64,000 bases of DNA from the NCBI GenBank assembly GCA_018062625.1, contig JAGORV010000005.1, positions 86 to 64,085 of the forward strand. The letters are read 5' to 3'. This stretch comes from Candidatus Woesebacteria bacterium (GTDB lineage Bacteria; Patescibacteriota; Microgenomatia; UBA10105; UBA927). This document shows positions 53,243 through 62,230 of the stretch, piece after piece; the first letter of the stretch is position 1; the number at the start of each line of letters is the position of its first letter. The notes under the pieces were generated by a model, which searched no databases, was not told where the DNA came from, and saw only the letters and a list, made by a program, of their open reading frames with translations. The position numbers and the translations under genes were made by a program.

Positions 53243-54070
53243 ATGGGAAAAATACGCGCAGTAACTCTCGGTGACGAAAAAGAAGAAAAAAAAGCTAAAG
53301 CCAAAGCTGAAGCTCGTCGCCAAACCAAAGCCAGTAAAAAAGGTAAAGACAATGTCGTAGAGGGCACAGAGCTCAAACCTGAATACCAGAAACTCGTCGA
53401 CGAAGTCGAAAGTGGCGAAACAGTCGAAGAAACCGCAAAAAAAGCAGCAAAAAAGAAAAAAGCGAAGATCAAAGTACGATCCAAACGCTACGTAGAAGTC
53501 ATGAAGCTGGTAGACAAAGAAAAGCTCTACCCTCTTACTGACGCAATCTCTCTCGTCAAACAAACGACTCTTACAAAATTCGATGGAACTGTTGAGCTCC
53601 ATGTGAGCCTCAATCCACTCAGTCTTGGTGACAAAAAAGACTATAGAACCGCAGTATCCTTGCCACACGGAACAGGCAAAGAAGTACGAGTTGCCATAGC
53701 TGACGACAAAATAGTAGCAGAAATCGAAGCAGGAAAGATAAATTTTGATATTTTGGTCGCTCATCCTACGATGATGGCCAAACTTGCCAAAGTAGCTCGT
53801 GTGTTAGGACCACGAGGACTCATGCCAAATCCAAAAACAGGCACAGTATCTCCAGATCCCGAAAAGCGAGCCAAAGAGCTTTCTAGTGGACAGGTTAACC
53901 TCAAAACGGAACCGGGAAATCCACTCATTCACATGCCTATCGGAAAAGTGAGCTTTGAGGATAAAAAGATTGCAGAAAACATAAAAGCTGTACTCAAAGC
54001 TTTAGGCACAAAAGTTGCAAAAGTGACCCTATCTGCTACGATGGGTCCAGGGGTAAAAGTACAATTCTAA
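53243..54070 (+). CDS. rplA: 50S ribosomal protein L1 with a ~75-aa Lys/Glu-rich N-terminal extension
   Basis: The core begins around KVRSKRYVEVMKLVDKEKLYPLTDAISLVK. GPRGLMPNPKTGTV motif. Confidence 0.9.
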   Translation: MGKIRAVTLGDEKEEKKAKAKAEARRQTKASKKGKDNVVEGTELKPEYQKLVDEVESGETVEETAKKAAKKKKAKIKVRSKRYVEVMKLVDKEKLYPLTDAISLVKQTTLTKFDGTVELHVSLNPLSLGDKKDYRTAVSLPHGTGKEVRVAIADDKIVAEIEAGKINFDILVAHPTMMAKLAKVARVLGPRGLMPNPKTGTVSPDPEKRAKELSSGQVNLKTEPGNPLIHMPIGKVSFEDKKIAENIKAVLKALGTKVAKVTLSATMGPGVKVQF

Positions 54071-54165
54071 CTTCAGACTGAAACTTTTTCCCGACGAGTT
54101 GCGTACTATAGTATTACTAGGTGCAGGATTTATATCCAAAGCATCATTATTCTTAAAGGAGGCAT

Positions 54166-54504
54166 ATGGGAGATGAATTAGAAACACGACTTAAAAATGG
54201 ATTAGATGCAGCGTTAAATCGTCCAAAGACGCAAGCTACCCCACAAGAGGTAGCTCAAGTAAACAGATTTGTATTTGCTGCAAATGTCATAGGACCTATC
54301 AAAAAACTATTTGAACGGAGTCAAGGTGCGGGCGGAATCCAAGTTATCGACCCAGCAGAAAGAGATGCAGTAACGCATACCATGGGAGTTGCATTAGAAA
54401 AACTCGCCAACGAAACTGCAACTAGGGATTTTAGACGTAAAGAACGCGCTGCAAATCGCTGGGCTCGTCAAGCTGCTAAAAGCAGAAAAACAGGTAAAGG
54501 TTGA
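54166..54504 (+). CDS. hypothetical protein (112 aa) inserted between rplA and rplJ
   Basis: Strong SD AAAGGAGG 5 nt before the ATG. No recognisable domain, basic C-terminus. Confidence 0.5.
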   Translation: MGDELETRLKNGLDAALNRPKTQATPQEVAQVNRFVFAANVIGPIKKLFERSQGAGGIQVIDPAERDAVTHTMGVALEKLANETATRDFRRKERAANRWARQAAKSRKTGKG

Positions 54505-54528
54505 TAAATCCAACACACCTGCTATAAT
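54501..54528 (+). promoter_or_regulatory. promoter TTGATA-N16-TATAAT
   Basis: The -35 box overlaps the stop of the 112-aa ORF. Confidence 0.55.
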
Positions 54529-54694
54529 AGACAAATCCTAAAGACCGTAGGTTCCAGCAAATCGCTGATGAATTCACGAAAGTGAGCCTACCGAGGGAAA
54601 ACATATTTGCACACGGTGTGCATCGTTTTACCCGCTTTAGGCGGGTTTTATTTGGCCTATTAGTAAATAAATTGATCTTAAGAAAGGAAATATT
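54529..54694 (+). promoter_or_regulatory. rplJ 5' leader (L10-leader-like, with terminator/attenuator hairpin)
   Basis: CCGTAGG...CCTACCG long-range stem, GCACA-CGG-TGTGC hairpin, then ACCCGC-TTTA-GGCGGGT + TTTATTT just before the rplJ RBS. Confidence 0.5.
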
Positions 54695-55225
54695 ATGGAC
54701 AAAGCATTATCAGCAAACAAAACAATCAAAGCAGAAACCATAGCGCATCTTTCAGAAAAAGTAAGTCGAGCTAAGGCTCTTATCGTAGCCGACTATCGTG
54801 GCATCAAGCACAAACAACTCGAAGAACTCCGACGAGCACTCAAGAAAAACAATGCAGAAATCGTTGTGGCCAAAAACCGCCTTCTCCTTCGTGCTCTTGG
54901 CGAACAAGGCGAAGGACTCAAAAGTGCCCTAGAAGACACTTCAGCAACAGTATTTGCCTATGCAGACGAAATAGCACCACTAAAGGACTTACTGAAATTC
55001 TTTAAGACTGTGGGCATGGGAAAAACCAAAGGTGGTCTCTTGGGCGTCCAAGTGCTCACCGATGCCGATGTAACCAGACTAGCTGCTCTTCCATCACGCG
55101 ATATGCTTTTGGGTAAATTAGTCCGACAGCTCAATGCTCCAATCCAAGGCCTACACTATGGCTTGCAATGGAATCTCAACAAGCTTGTCTGGGCGCTCGA
55201 TGCTGTCAAAACAAAGAAAAGTTAA
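54695..55225 (+). CDS. rplJ: 50S ribosomal protein L10
   Basis: ALIVADYRGIKHKQLEELRRAL. Confidence 0.95.
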   Translation: MDKALSANKTIKAETIAHLSEKVSRAKALIVADYRGIKHKQLEELRRALKKNNAEIVVAKNRLLLRALGEQGEGLKSALEDTSATVFAYADEIAPLKDLLKFFKTVGMGKTKGGLLGVQVLTDADVTRLAALPSRDMLLGKLVRQLNAPIQGLHYGLQWNLNKLVWALDAVKTKKS

Positions 55226-55263
55226 ATTATTGATCGTTTTTGAGAGGAGGTGACACACAAACT

Positions 55264-55650
55264 ATGGCAAAATTATCTAAAGATGAAATATTATCAGCCG
55301 TCGAAGAAATGACCGTTTTGGAACTTTCTGAATTGGTCAAAGCTCTTGAAGAAAAATTTGGTGTCACCGCAGCGCCTGTCGCAGTAGCGGGAGCCGCAGC
55401 TGCAACCGCAGATGCAGGAGAACCAAAAGAAGAGCAGACGAGCTTTGATGTTATTCTTACCGAAGCTGGCGCCAACAAAATTGGTGCAATTAAAGCAGTT
55501 CGCGAACTCGTCCCAACTCTTGGTCTCCAAGAAGCAAAGACCCTCGTTGAATCCGCTCCTAAAGAAGTTCTTACAGGAGTTGCTAAATCAGCAGCAGAAG
55601 AAGCAAAGAAAAAGCTTGAAGCAGCAGGTGCTAAGGCTCAACTTAAGTAA
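55264..55650 (+). CDS. rplL: 50S ribosomal protein L7/L12
   Basis: Start at ATG 55264 after [26 protein letters not shown] and [10 protein letters not shown] motifs. Confidence 0.95.
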   Translation: MAKLSKDEILSAVEEMTVLELSELVKALEEKFGVTAAPVAVAGAAAATADAGEPKEEQTSFDVILTEAGANKIGAIKAVRELVPTLGLQEAKTLVESAPKEVLTGVAKSAAEEAKKKLEAAGAKAQLK

Positions 55651-55680
55651 CACAAAAAATAAGAGTACAAAACAAAAAGT

Positions 55681-55707
55681 CCCCAGCCTCATCGGCGGGG
55701 ATTTTTT
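55681..55707 (+). terminator. intrinsic terminator after rplL
   Basis: CCCCAGCC-tcatc-GGCGGGG followed by ATTTTTTG. Confidence 0.8.
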
Positions 55708-55730
55708 GTGAATCACACCCAAATAAAATT

Positions 55731-56027
55731 TTATGACACGTTAAGGGTAACTACCAAATCATGCGTACATTTCGTCTTAGCATGAACTTTTTGTGCCACA
55801 CGTGTTGCGTGTCTCAAAGCATCAAGATATTCTTCTTCTGATCTGCACACTAGCGGCAGAAGATATTGGTCTTCTGTAGCCCACGCTTCCACTTTGCCTC
55901 TTCCGATTGGATCATGGGACACACAGCTAGCCACATATCCCCCAATCCGCACAGCCTTATATTCAGTTCGGGCCAAAAGCCCCCTCGCTTCTTTTCGTAT
56001 TTTAGCTGTTCTGCGCTCAACTGACAT
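55731..56027 (-). CDS. hypothetical protein (98 aa)
   Basis: ORF trimmed to ATG 56027 (MSVERRTAKIRKEARG). Confidence 0.35.
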   Translation of the reverse strand: MSVERRTAKIRKEARGLLARTEYKAVRIGGYVASCVSHDPIGRGKVEAWATEDQYLLPLVCRSEEEYLDALRHATRVAQKVHAKTKCTHDLVVTLNVS

Positions 56028-56107
56028 ATTACTAATCCTTTCTCTATATTTGTCTACAAATATTGAAGTTAGTATTATACCAAATATATCTGGTATAATC
56101 ATCTCTA

Positions 56108-56755
56108 ATGGATAAGTTTTTTTCAGTATTTGGAAAATTTGTACTCATTGCACTTATATTGGGTGGTGTCGCATACGGCGCATACCGATTAGGCACAAAC
56201 ACTGCTTCCAACACACCATATGGTGCGGTATCAGTAACTTCTGCCCCGTCTCCAACTATCGATCCCGGTCTTACACCAGACAATTTGCCAGTAGCTACGA
56301 AAACACCAAGTGTAATAAGTGCAGGACTCGGTGCTGAGTCGGGTCTCAGCTTTACCAAATATAAACTCACCGTGTTAGACAACTGGACACCAAATCACAC
56401 TACGACCAACGAAGGTACATGGATGGATACACTGACTCTTACCCGCGGAACCGCGCAAATCAAGATATTTCAAGGCGCGACTGGTGGCGCTATGTGTTTC
56501 TACCCCGGAGACACAGTTGCAGAAGGTCCTAGCTCCTCATTTGACGAATTCACAGAAATCACTACAACCGAAGGAGTTAAATTTCGCCGAGGTAATACAA
56601 AAGGTGTAGCGAGCTTTACCATATGTGCCAAAGGGTCAGACACATACGGGCAACCTACAAACTTTGGTCACATTTCCTATAAAACAGCAAATCCACCAGA
56701 CCTCGTAACCCTCACCGAGATGGATGCGATGATTGCCTCAATCAAAAAACAATAA
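56108..56755 (+). CDS. membrane-anchored hypothetical protein
   Basis: TGGTATAAT box 8 nt before the ATG. One TM helix, then a ~180-aa domain. Confidence 0.5.
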   Translation: MDKFFSVFGKFVLIALILGGVAYGAYRLGTNTASNTPYGAVSVTSAPSPTIDPGLTPDNLPVATKTPSVISAGLGAESGLSFTKYKLTVLDNWTPNHTTTNEGTWMDTLTLTRGTAQIKIFQGATGGAMCFYPGDTVAEGPSSSFDEFTEITTTEGVKFRRGNTKGVASFTICAKGSDTYGQPTNFGHISYKTANPPDLVTLTEMDAMIASIKKQ

Positions 56756-56967
56756 TTCTCCATTTCAGAAAATTATTTTTTTATTTTATACACGTCGCAA
56801 AACATATTTTATACCCTCAAGTTATCCACATTTTCTAAAAATCATACAGAATTGTGCGACTACCTATTGACAGCGTCTGATGATAAGTGATACTTTTTGA
56901 TTGGTTTGATAATGTTTATTTCTGCTCAGAAAGAACTTAATGTGTACAACACATTAACAACATCACT

Positions 56968-57168
56968 ATGGCATTAGGCGATGAATGGCCAGATTTATTG
57001 ACCGTCCGAGAAGTAGCAAAAATTTTGCGCGTCTCACCTCTTACGATCAAACGTTGGGGCAAACGCGGGAAACTTCCTGCAATCCGCATAAATTCTCGTG
57101 GTGACCGCCGATACAAAAAAGAAGCAGTTTTATGGCTACTGGGCCAACAGCAAAAAGGCACAGTCTAG
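56968..57168 (+). CDS. excisionase-family/MerR-like helix-turn-helix DNA-binding protein
   Basis: LLTVREVAKILRVSPLTIKRWGKRGKLPAIRI...RRYKKEAV. Confidence 0.7.
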   Translation: MALGDEWPDLLTVREVAKILRVSPLTIKRWGKRGKLPAIRINSRGDRRYKKEAVLWLLGQQQKGTV

Positions 57169-57228
57169 ACATAAGTTGTATCCTATAGTATAATATTTAG
57201 CTCTTGAGCAATCAGGAGCTATTTTTTT

Positions 57229-57627
57229 ATGGGAGAACTTCTTGAAAATATTTTCACCGCTGGCAAACCTGCACACCTCGTTGCAGATACAAAATCTCAC
57301 CTTCCGTCACGACGCCATGAGGCTTGGGATACACTTCGTGCGCTTCCTAGTACCCGCATCACGATCGTAGAAGCCACGGGTAGTACGGAAAAATCTGCTC
57401 ATAACCGCGGGTGGGGTGTTTTGCGAAGAATTCAACGATCCGGTGGGTGTATAGGCTTTGATAGTTCTACAGCTGGTGGATCAAATAATCGCGCACTCAT
57501 TCGCGTTGATCGCATCGTTGAGTACGTATCGGATTGTGGTGGTTGCTCAGCAGCTAAAACGGGATGCCCCATCAATAACGCCATGGCTAATGCACATCGA
57601 TACTCACGACAACCAGATTGGTCTTAA
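57229..57627 (+). CDS. hypothetical protein (132 aa)
   Basis: ATG immediately follows a T-run. No domain recognised. Its stop overlaps the galT stop. Confidence 0.35.
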   Translation: MGELLENIFTAGKPAHLVADTKSHLPSRRHEAWDTLRALPSTRITIVEATGSTEKSAHNRGWGVLRRIQRSGGCIGFDSSTAGGSNNRALIRVDRIVEYVSDCGGCSAAKTGCPINNAMANAHRYSRQPDWS

Positions 57628-58487
57628 GGTTTACTTGCAGCTCGGAGAATTTTAGCGGCCTCGGTAGGATCAATAATATTCACATTTAACCCTGTCCCCA
57701 ATTCAAATCCGGCGCGATGAACAAATCGAGGAATGATTCGCAGGTACCAATTAGTCCCATGATAAATATAATAGTTGTACACAAATCCGCTATCAGGATA
57801 CAGCGGTTTGATCAGATGTTTACCTTGTGCTACTCGAATACTCTGTATGGCTCCTTGTAACACCTGCGCAAGGTCGGTCATCTGATCTTGTGGTACATCG
57901 CTAAACTTCCCTACCTCATGAGCTTTTGGTGCAATCCATATCTCAAACGGCCATTGAGAAAAATCCGGACAGTATGTCACAAAATTAGTATTATCATTCA
58001 CGACATTGGCCACAGGTTCACGCGATATAGTATCGAGATTGATCTGGCGGGGTACCACAACCAACTGGCTATGTGGATGTGCTAGGCTGGCGCCACCTGC
58101 TAAGCCGTGATTACAAAAAATCAACACTTGCCCATCGTTTTCGTGTGCTCGATATCGATCACGATACACGGTGAGAATTTTTGCCAATTGCTCTATCGGC
58201 AAATCTTCTACATCCATATCATGATTTGGACTATGAATGATCACTTCATGAAGGTCGGTGATGGGAAAAAGATTTGGCACCACTCGCACATCCCAACCTG
58301 CAGTATTTGGCTCACCTACTCCATATCGATACACCTCTGGCGGGGTCATGCTTTCGTTACCTGAACAAAACGGACAAGCGCCGTGAGACTGTTTCGTGCG
58401 ACTGGCGCTATCATCTGGTCGCGCTACACGCCCCGGAGCGATAATCACCCACCGTTCACTTCCGACATCGGGAACATATTTTGCCAT
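57624..58487 (-). CDS. galT: galactose-1-phosphate uridylyltransferase (HIT superfamily)
   Basis: CPFCSGNE zinc motif and HPHSQLV active site. Confidence 0.85.
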   Translation of the reverse strand: MAKYVPDVGSERWVIIAPGRVARPDDSASRTKQSHGACPFCSGNESMTPPEVYRYGVGEPNTAGWDVRVVPNLFPITDLHEVIIHSPNHDMDVEDLPIEQLAKILTVYRDRYRAHENDGQVLIFCNHGLAGGASLAHPHSQLVVVPRQINLDTISREPVANVVNDNTNFVTYCPDFSQWPFEIWIAPKAHEVGKFSDVPQDQMTDLAQVLQGAIQSIRVAQGKHLIKPLYPDSGFVYNYYIYHGTNWYLRIIPRFVHRAGFELGTGLNVNIIDPTEAAKILRAASKP

Positions 58488-58537
58488 TAGATTTAGTATT
58501 CATGATTAGGCAATAACTATCAAGAGGAAAGGATGTT

Positions 58538-59521
58538 TTATACGATAAATTTTGCCAATAATGTTTTCGCAATCTCTTTGTTCTGCTTATTTACCACAAC
58601 TTCTACTACCCCCTCTACAATTGGCCCATTTGCCTGTGAGGTGACTTTTGGTTGTCCATAATACATAACCGAGGTATATGGCAACGCTGCCAATACAGGC
58701 AGTGCTAGCAAATCCTCTTCTCCATCAATCTCCAAGATTAATTGTTTCTGAGTATCTTTTACCCACTCGTCTATCCGACGAACCACCGCGCGACTTATAA
58801 ACCCTGGACCACTCACAAACTTCTCTCGGGTTTTTTTATGTAAAGCGAGCCACTCATGTAATTTTGTAAACTCTTTTCGATTTACCCTATTATCGATAAC
58901 GACAAGACTTGGCGTAACCCCTGCATCTATAAGCGTTTTGGTTGTCATGTCGCCTACCGTGACGATTACTGTATCTTTATGCGCAAGAACAGAACGGGCT
59001 ATCATATCGCCAGTAGATAAAATTGTACCAAGAGGTATCGCTAATTCTTCTCTCATGTTATCTGGCATCACCAAGTTTCCTTCCCCATCGATCTCACCAC
59101 GACGAATGCGCGTTGAGGAAATCACGAAAGTATCTTCTGCAGAAACAAGTGGCACTTCAATCAAAGTGAGTGGTGGTTTGTGCAATGTCGCTCGTAATGT
59201 ATTTATCTGCTCGCCTACACCACGATTTTGCGAGGTAACAATAAGCGCATGTATATCGACTGAAGCTGCTGGCCCGACTGGATCATCAATACGAATAATT
59301 TCAGAGCGATCAAATACACTATGTGATTGTAACCACGCGACTAACGCTTCACGACGCTTGATATATCCAGCTACCTCTCGACCTTTGTATGCCCGTACAA
59401 ACGCATCAGAAGTCAATGCAATGATAACGTACTCCCCTTGTGTAAATGCGGCAGTAAGCATCGCCTCATGACCTCTGTGTAACCCATCAAATGTCCCTGC
59501 AACACATACTCGATTAAACAT
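58538..59521 (-). CDS. fusion of archaeal-type phosphopantetheine adenylyltransferase and a DUF359 (GTP-dependent dephospho-CoA kinase) domain
   Basis: N-terminus has AGTFDGLHRGH and ISSTRIRRGEID. C-terminus has VTVGDMTTKTLIDAGVTP...VIDNRVNR and DGEEDLLALP...VMYYGQP. Confidence 0.7.
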   Translation of the reverse strand: MFNRVCVAGTFDGLHRGHEAMLTAAFTQGEYVIIALTSDAFVRAYKGREVAGYIKRREALVAWLQSHSVFDRSEIIRIDDPVGPAASVDIHALIVTSQNRGVGEQINTLRATLHKPPLTLIEVPLVSAEDTFVISSTRIRRGEIDGEGNLVMPDNMREELAIPLGTILSTGDMIARSVLAHKDTVIVTVGDMTTKTLIDAGVTPSLVVIDNRVNRKEFTKLHEWLALHKKTREKFVSGPGFISRAVVRRIDEWVKDTQKQLILEIDGEEDLLALPVLAALPYTSVMYYGQPKVTSQANGPIVEGVVEVVVNKQNKEIAKTLLAKFIV

Positions 59522-59564
59522 GGGGCTAGTATAACGGAGAATGCTTCAGAAAAAAATGTCCTAC

Positions 59565-59987
59565 CTATTTCTTTTTCAAAATCTCTCGTGCCATAGCAGC
59601 AAGCTTGCGCAATCCTTCCCAGTTTACGTCATCACCGGGCTGTGGAAAAATATAATCTTTAAATTCTCGCTTTTTTTTATGCGCGCTGCCACCTTGCCCC
59701 ACAAAGGTAATTGATCGATCACGTGGAGGTGCACGAAGCGTACTTGATTCTTCATTGTGCATGATCAGATCAAATATCCTCCATCCCCGAACCGCAATCC
59801 TTTTTTCATGTACTGTCACATACGGTTTATGCCAAGCGCTGACTGTGCCGTTCGCTTGACGTTTAGACCTTGTTTTCCCATTGGGAAGCAAATTTGGATT
59901 TTCAAATTTAGGGGCAGACGGCTGCTCCATTCCAACAAATGAAGACTGTTGATCATTCGAAGTTTCTTTACGCTTTCTTCCTGCCAT
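59565..59987 (-). CDS. basic hypothetical protein (140 aa)
   Basis: Lys/Arg-rich termini. No domain recognised. Confidence 0.4.
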   Translation of the reverse strand: MAGRKRKETSNDQQSSFVGMEQPSAPKFENPNLLPNGKTRSKRQANGTVSAWHKPYVTVHEKRIAVRGWRIFDLIMHNEESSTLRAPPRDRSITFVGQGGSAHKKKREFKDYIFPQPGDDVNWEGLRKLAAMAREILKKK

Positions 59988-60062
59988 GATAAAGAATTGT
60001 AATAAGTATTACATATTATGTATTACAGACAAGAGGTCAAACGTTTGTGATAGAATAAATTT

Positions 60063-60770
60063 ATGGATCCACTTGCCCAACACTTGGACTTTGCAAATCA
60101 TCACGCAAACAGTACCCCTGCTGACATTCGCAAACTTTGTGATGAGGTCATAAAATATGGATTCCATGCAGCATTTGTAAACCCCACATACGTAACGCTA
60201 GCAAAGGAGTATCTTGGAGGAAAAGCGCCGGTCGGCACCGTCGTTTCGTTCCCCTTGGGTCAAGACACCCAAGCACTGAAAATGGCCATCACCAACAATG
60301 CTGTGTCACAAGGCGTCGACGAACTTGATGTCGTACCAAACATTGGCACGTTTTTAGCAGGAGACGAGGATGCATTTCTTTCTGAACTCTCACACATCAT
60401 CGAAAGCGCACATATGCTCTCGCGACCTATCATAGTGAAATTTATTCTCGAACCCGGATACTTTGACAAACTCCCTGACCGCAAAATCAAACTTGCTCGG
60501 GCAGCTGAGCTTATTCTCGCATCTGGTGCTGATTACGTAAAAATCGGCAGTGGCATGGGACCACGAAACCCCACACTCGAAGATTTGGAGATAGTAAAAG
60601 AAGTCATAGGCACTCGAATAAAAATAAAAGTCGCAGGAGGCATCGAGACACGAGCACAAGCAAAGGCATTTCTTGACGCAGGAGCATATCATCTGGGAAC
60701 ATCACATGCTATCGATATTGTCAGTAGCAAAACATCCAACAATAATAATTCGAAGATATTAGGTGAATAG
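60063..60770 (+). CDS. deoC: deoxyribose-phosphate aldolase
   Basis: DELDVVPNIG, ADYVKIGSG and KVAGGIETRAQAKAFLDAGAYHLGTS motifs. TGATAGAAT box 6 nt before the ATG. Confidence 0.85.
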   Translation: MDPLAQHLDFANHHANSTPADIRKLCDEVIKYGFHAAFVNPTYVTLAKEYLGGKAPVGTVVSFPLGQDTQALKMAITNNAVSQGVDELDVVPNIGTFLAGDEDAFLSELSHIIESAHMLSRPIIVKFILEPGYFDKLPDRKIKLARAAELILASGADYVKIGSGMGPRNPTLEDLEIVKEVIGTRIKIKVAGGIETRAQAKAFLDAGAYHLGTSHAIDIVSSKTSNNNNSKILGE

Positions 60771-60777
60771 CACAAAA

Positions 60778-60996
60778 CTAAGAAACTCTGTCTGAAAGAT
60801 AAATTTCTAACGAATTCTCTGTGCGCCATGTTTTTATAACGGCTCCTCTCCCTTGTTCACGCCATTTTGCAATCCTTTTCTCCACACGCTTCATTTGTTT
60901 TTTATCTGGTAACCCTTCAACCATCTTGACAGTTCCCACACAATGATCCGAGGGATGAATAAGCGTTTCTTTGTATATGCGACCTGATGAGCTCAT
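60778..60996 (-). CDS. hypothetical protein (72 aa)
   Basis: ORF only. No domain recognised. Confidence 0.3.
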   Translation of the reverse strand: MSSSGRIYKETLIHPSDHCVGTVKMVEGLPDKKQMKRVEKRIAKWREQGRGAVIKTWRTENSLEIYLSDRVS

Positions 60997-61075
60997 AAAT
61001 AGAAAAGATATGATACCAAAATTTGAAAGAAATGTAAACTATAGGACTATAATGAGAATAATGAACCAGAAGGTA

Positions 61076-61711
61076 CTACCGCTGAAGCGACTCGATGGTT
61101 TCTGCCATACTTTCAGGATTTTTGAATAAGAAACTCGTAGAGACGATGCGTGTAGCGCCCACATCGGCCACAGCCTTGGCAGTCTCTGCGTTTATCCCTC
61201 CATCGGCCTCTATAATGAGGTCTGGAACGTTTTGATGGATAAGCTTAACCTTCTCTATAGACTCCGGTAAAAACGGTTGCCCAGAAAATCCAGCTTCCAC
61301 CATCATGATAAGCACAAAATCTATTTCCTCCAAAAATGGCTCTATCTCCCGAAGCTCACTTCCGCCATCCAAAGCAAGTCCCACTTCAAGCTCTTCATAC
61401 CGTACTTTTTCCAAAAAGGCACGTGGATCGTTTGACTCGATTTGTGCAATGATGCGCGTAAACCCTGCATCTGCCACTGCTCGTATATATTTCTCAGGAT
61501 TTGCGACCATCAAGTGCGCTTCAAATACGATGTTTGGATATTGGGCGATAACTGGAGCAAACAACGAAAGATCCGTGATCGTTTCGTTCGGGACCAATAT
61601 ATTATCGGCAATTTCGATTTGTATCGTCGTGAGGTGTACTGCAGCGAGCGCAATTTTACGCTCTGCGTCATGAATATCTTTCTCGAGAATGCCAGCAACA
61701 ATTTCAACCAT
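61076..61711 (-). CDS. rpe: ribulose-phosphate 3-epimerase
   Basis: FEAHLMV...IEADGGINAETAKAVADVGATRIVSTS. Confidence 0.75.
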   Translation of the reverse strand: MVEIVAGILEKDIHDAERKIALAAVHLTTIQIEIADNILVPNETITDLSLFAPVIAQYPNIVFEAHLMVANPEKYIRAVADAGFTRIIAQIESNDPRAFLEKVRYEELEVGLALDGGSELREIEPFLEEIDFVLIMMVEAGFSGQPFLPESIEKVKLIHQNVPDLIIEADGGINAETAKAVADVGATRIVSTSFLFKNPESMAETIESLQR

Positions 61712-61754
61712 AGTATGAGGTTACAGGAAATAGAAAAACACTGTAAAGAGGCAA

Positions 61755-62093
61755 TTATCGAACTCGTTGCAAACTCTCAGACAGCTTGGCGTACTTGTCG
61801 TCCATGGGCTTAAACGTATCATCGTTTATAAGTCCACGACCCCAAGCTACTGCCAAATGCGTACGAGCGATAGCGATTAGCCCTATGGCATCAAGGAGGA
61901 TTTGTCGACCAAATCGTCGATCCTCACGGGATAATCCATCTGCGATCTTTGAGGTCACTGCAGTAGTACTTTCCAGTACGTCCTCGACGATTTCTCCCAT
62001 TTCGCCTTCTCGTTGCCCGTCAAAGAGATCATGCACTTCCATAAGTGCTACATACGAATCCTGCCATAATTTATCTTCGTGAAAGTTCATCAT
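61755..62093 (-). CDS. four-helix-bundle protein (divergent second copy of the 23S IVS-protein family)
   Basis: LWQDSYVALMEVHDL...TSKIADGLSREDRRFGRQILLDAIG follows the family layout. TTGTAG-N17-TACAAT lies 9 nt before the ATG. Confidence 0.55.
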   Translation of the reverse strand: MMNFHEDKLWQDSYVALMEVHDLFDGQREGEMGEIVEDVLESTTAVTSKIADGLSREDRRFGRQILLDAIGLIAIARTHLAVAWGRGLINDDTFKPMDDKYAKLSESLQRVR

Positions 62094-62230
62094 ATAGGAG
62101 GTATTGTACCGCCAAGCGAGCTTGGCTACAAGGGGAAAATCAACGAACGGAAGTATACTATAGGTTATTACAAGTATGTACTAATATCTTTACAAGTTCT
62201 TACTAGTATTTACCAATAAATTGAGGCTAA

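Noticed and set aside
57198-57228. Intrinsic terminator after the HTH gene (TAGCTC-N12-GAGCTA plus a T7 run).
   Set aside because: The stem is only 6 bp with a 12-nt loop, and the T-run abuts the next ATG. It is too weak to list as a confident feature and is mentioned only in the related finding.
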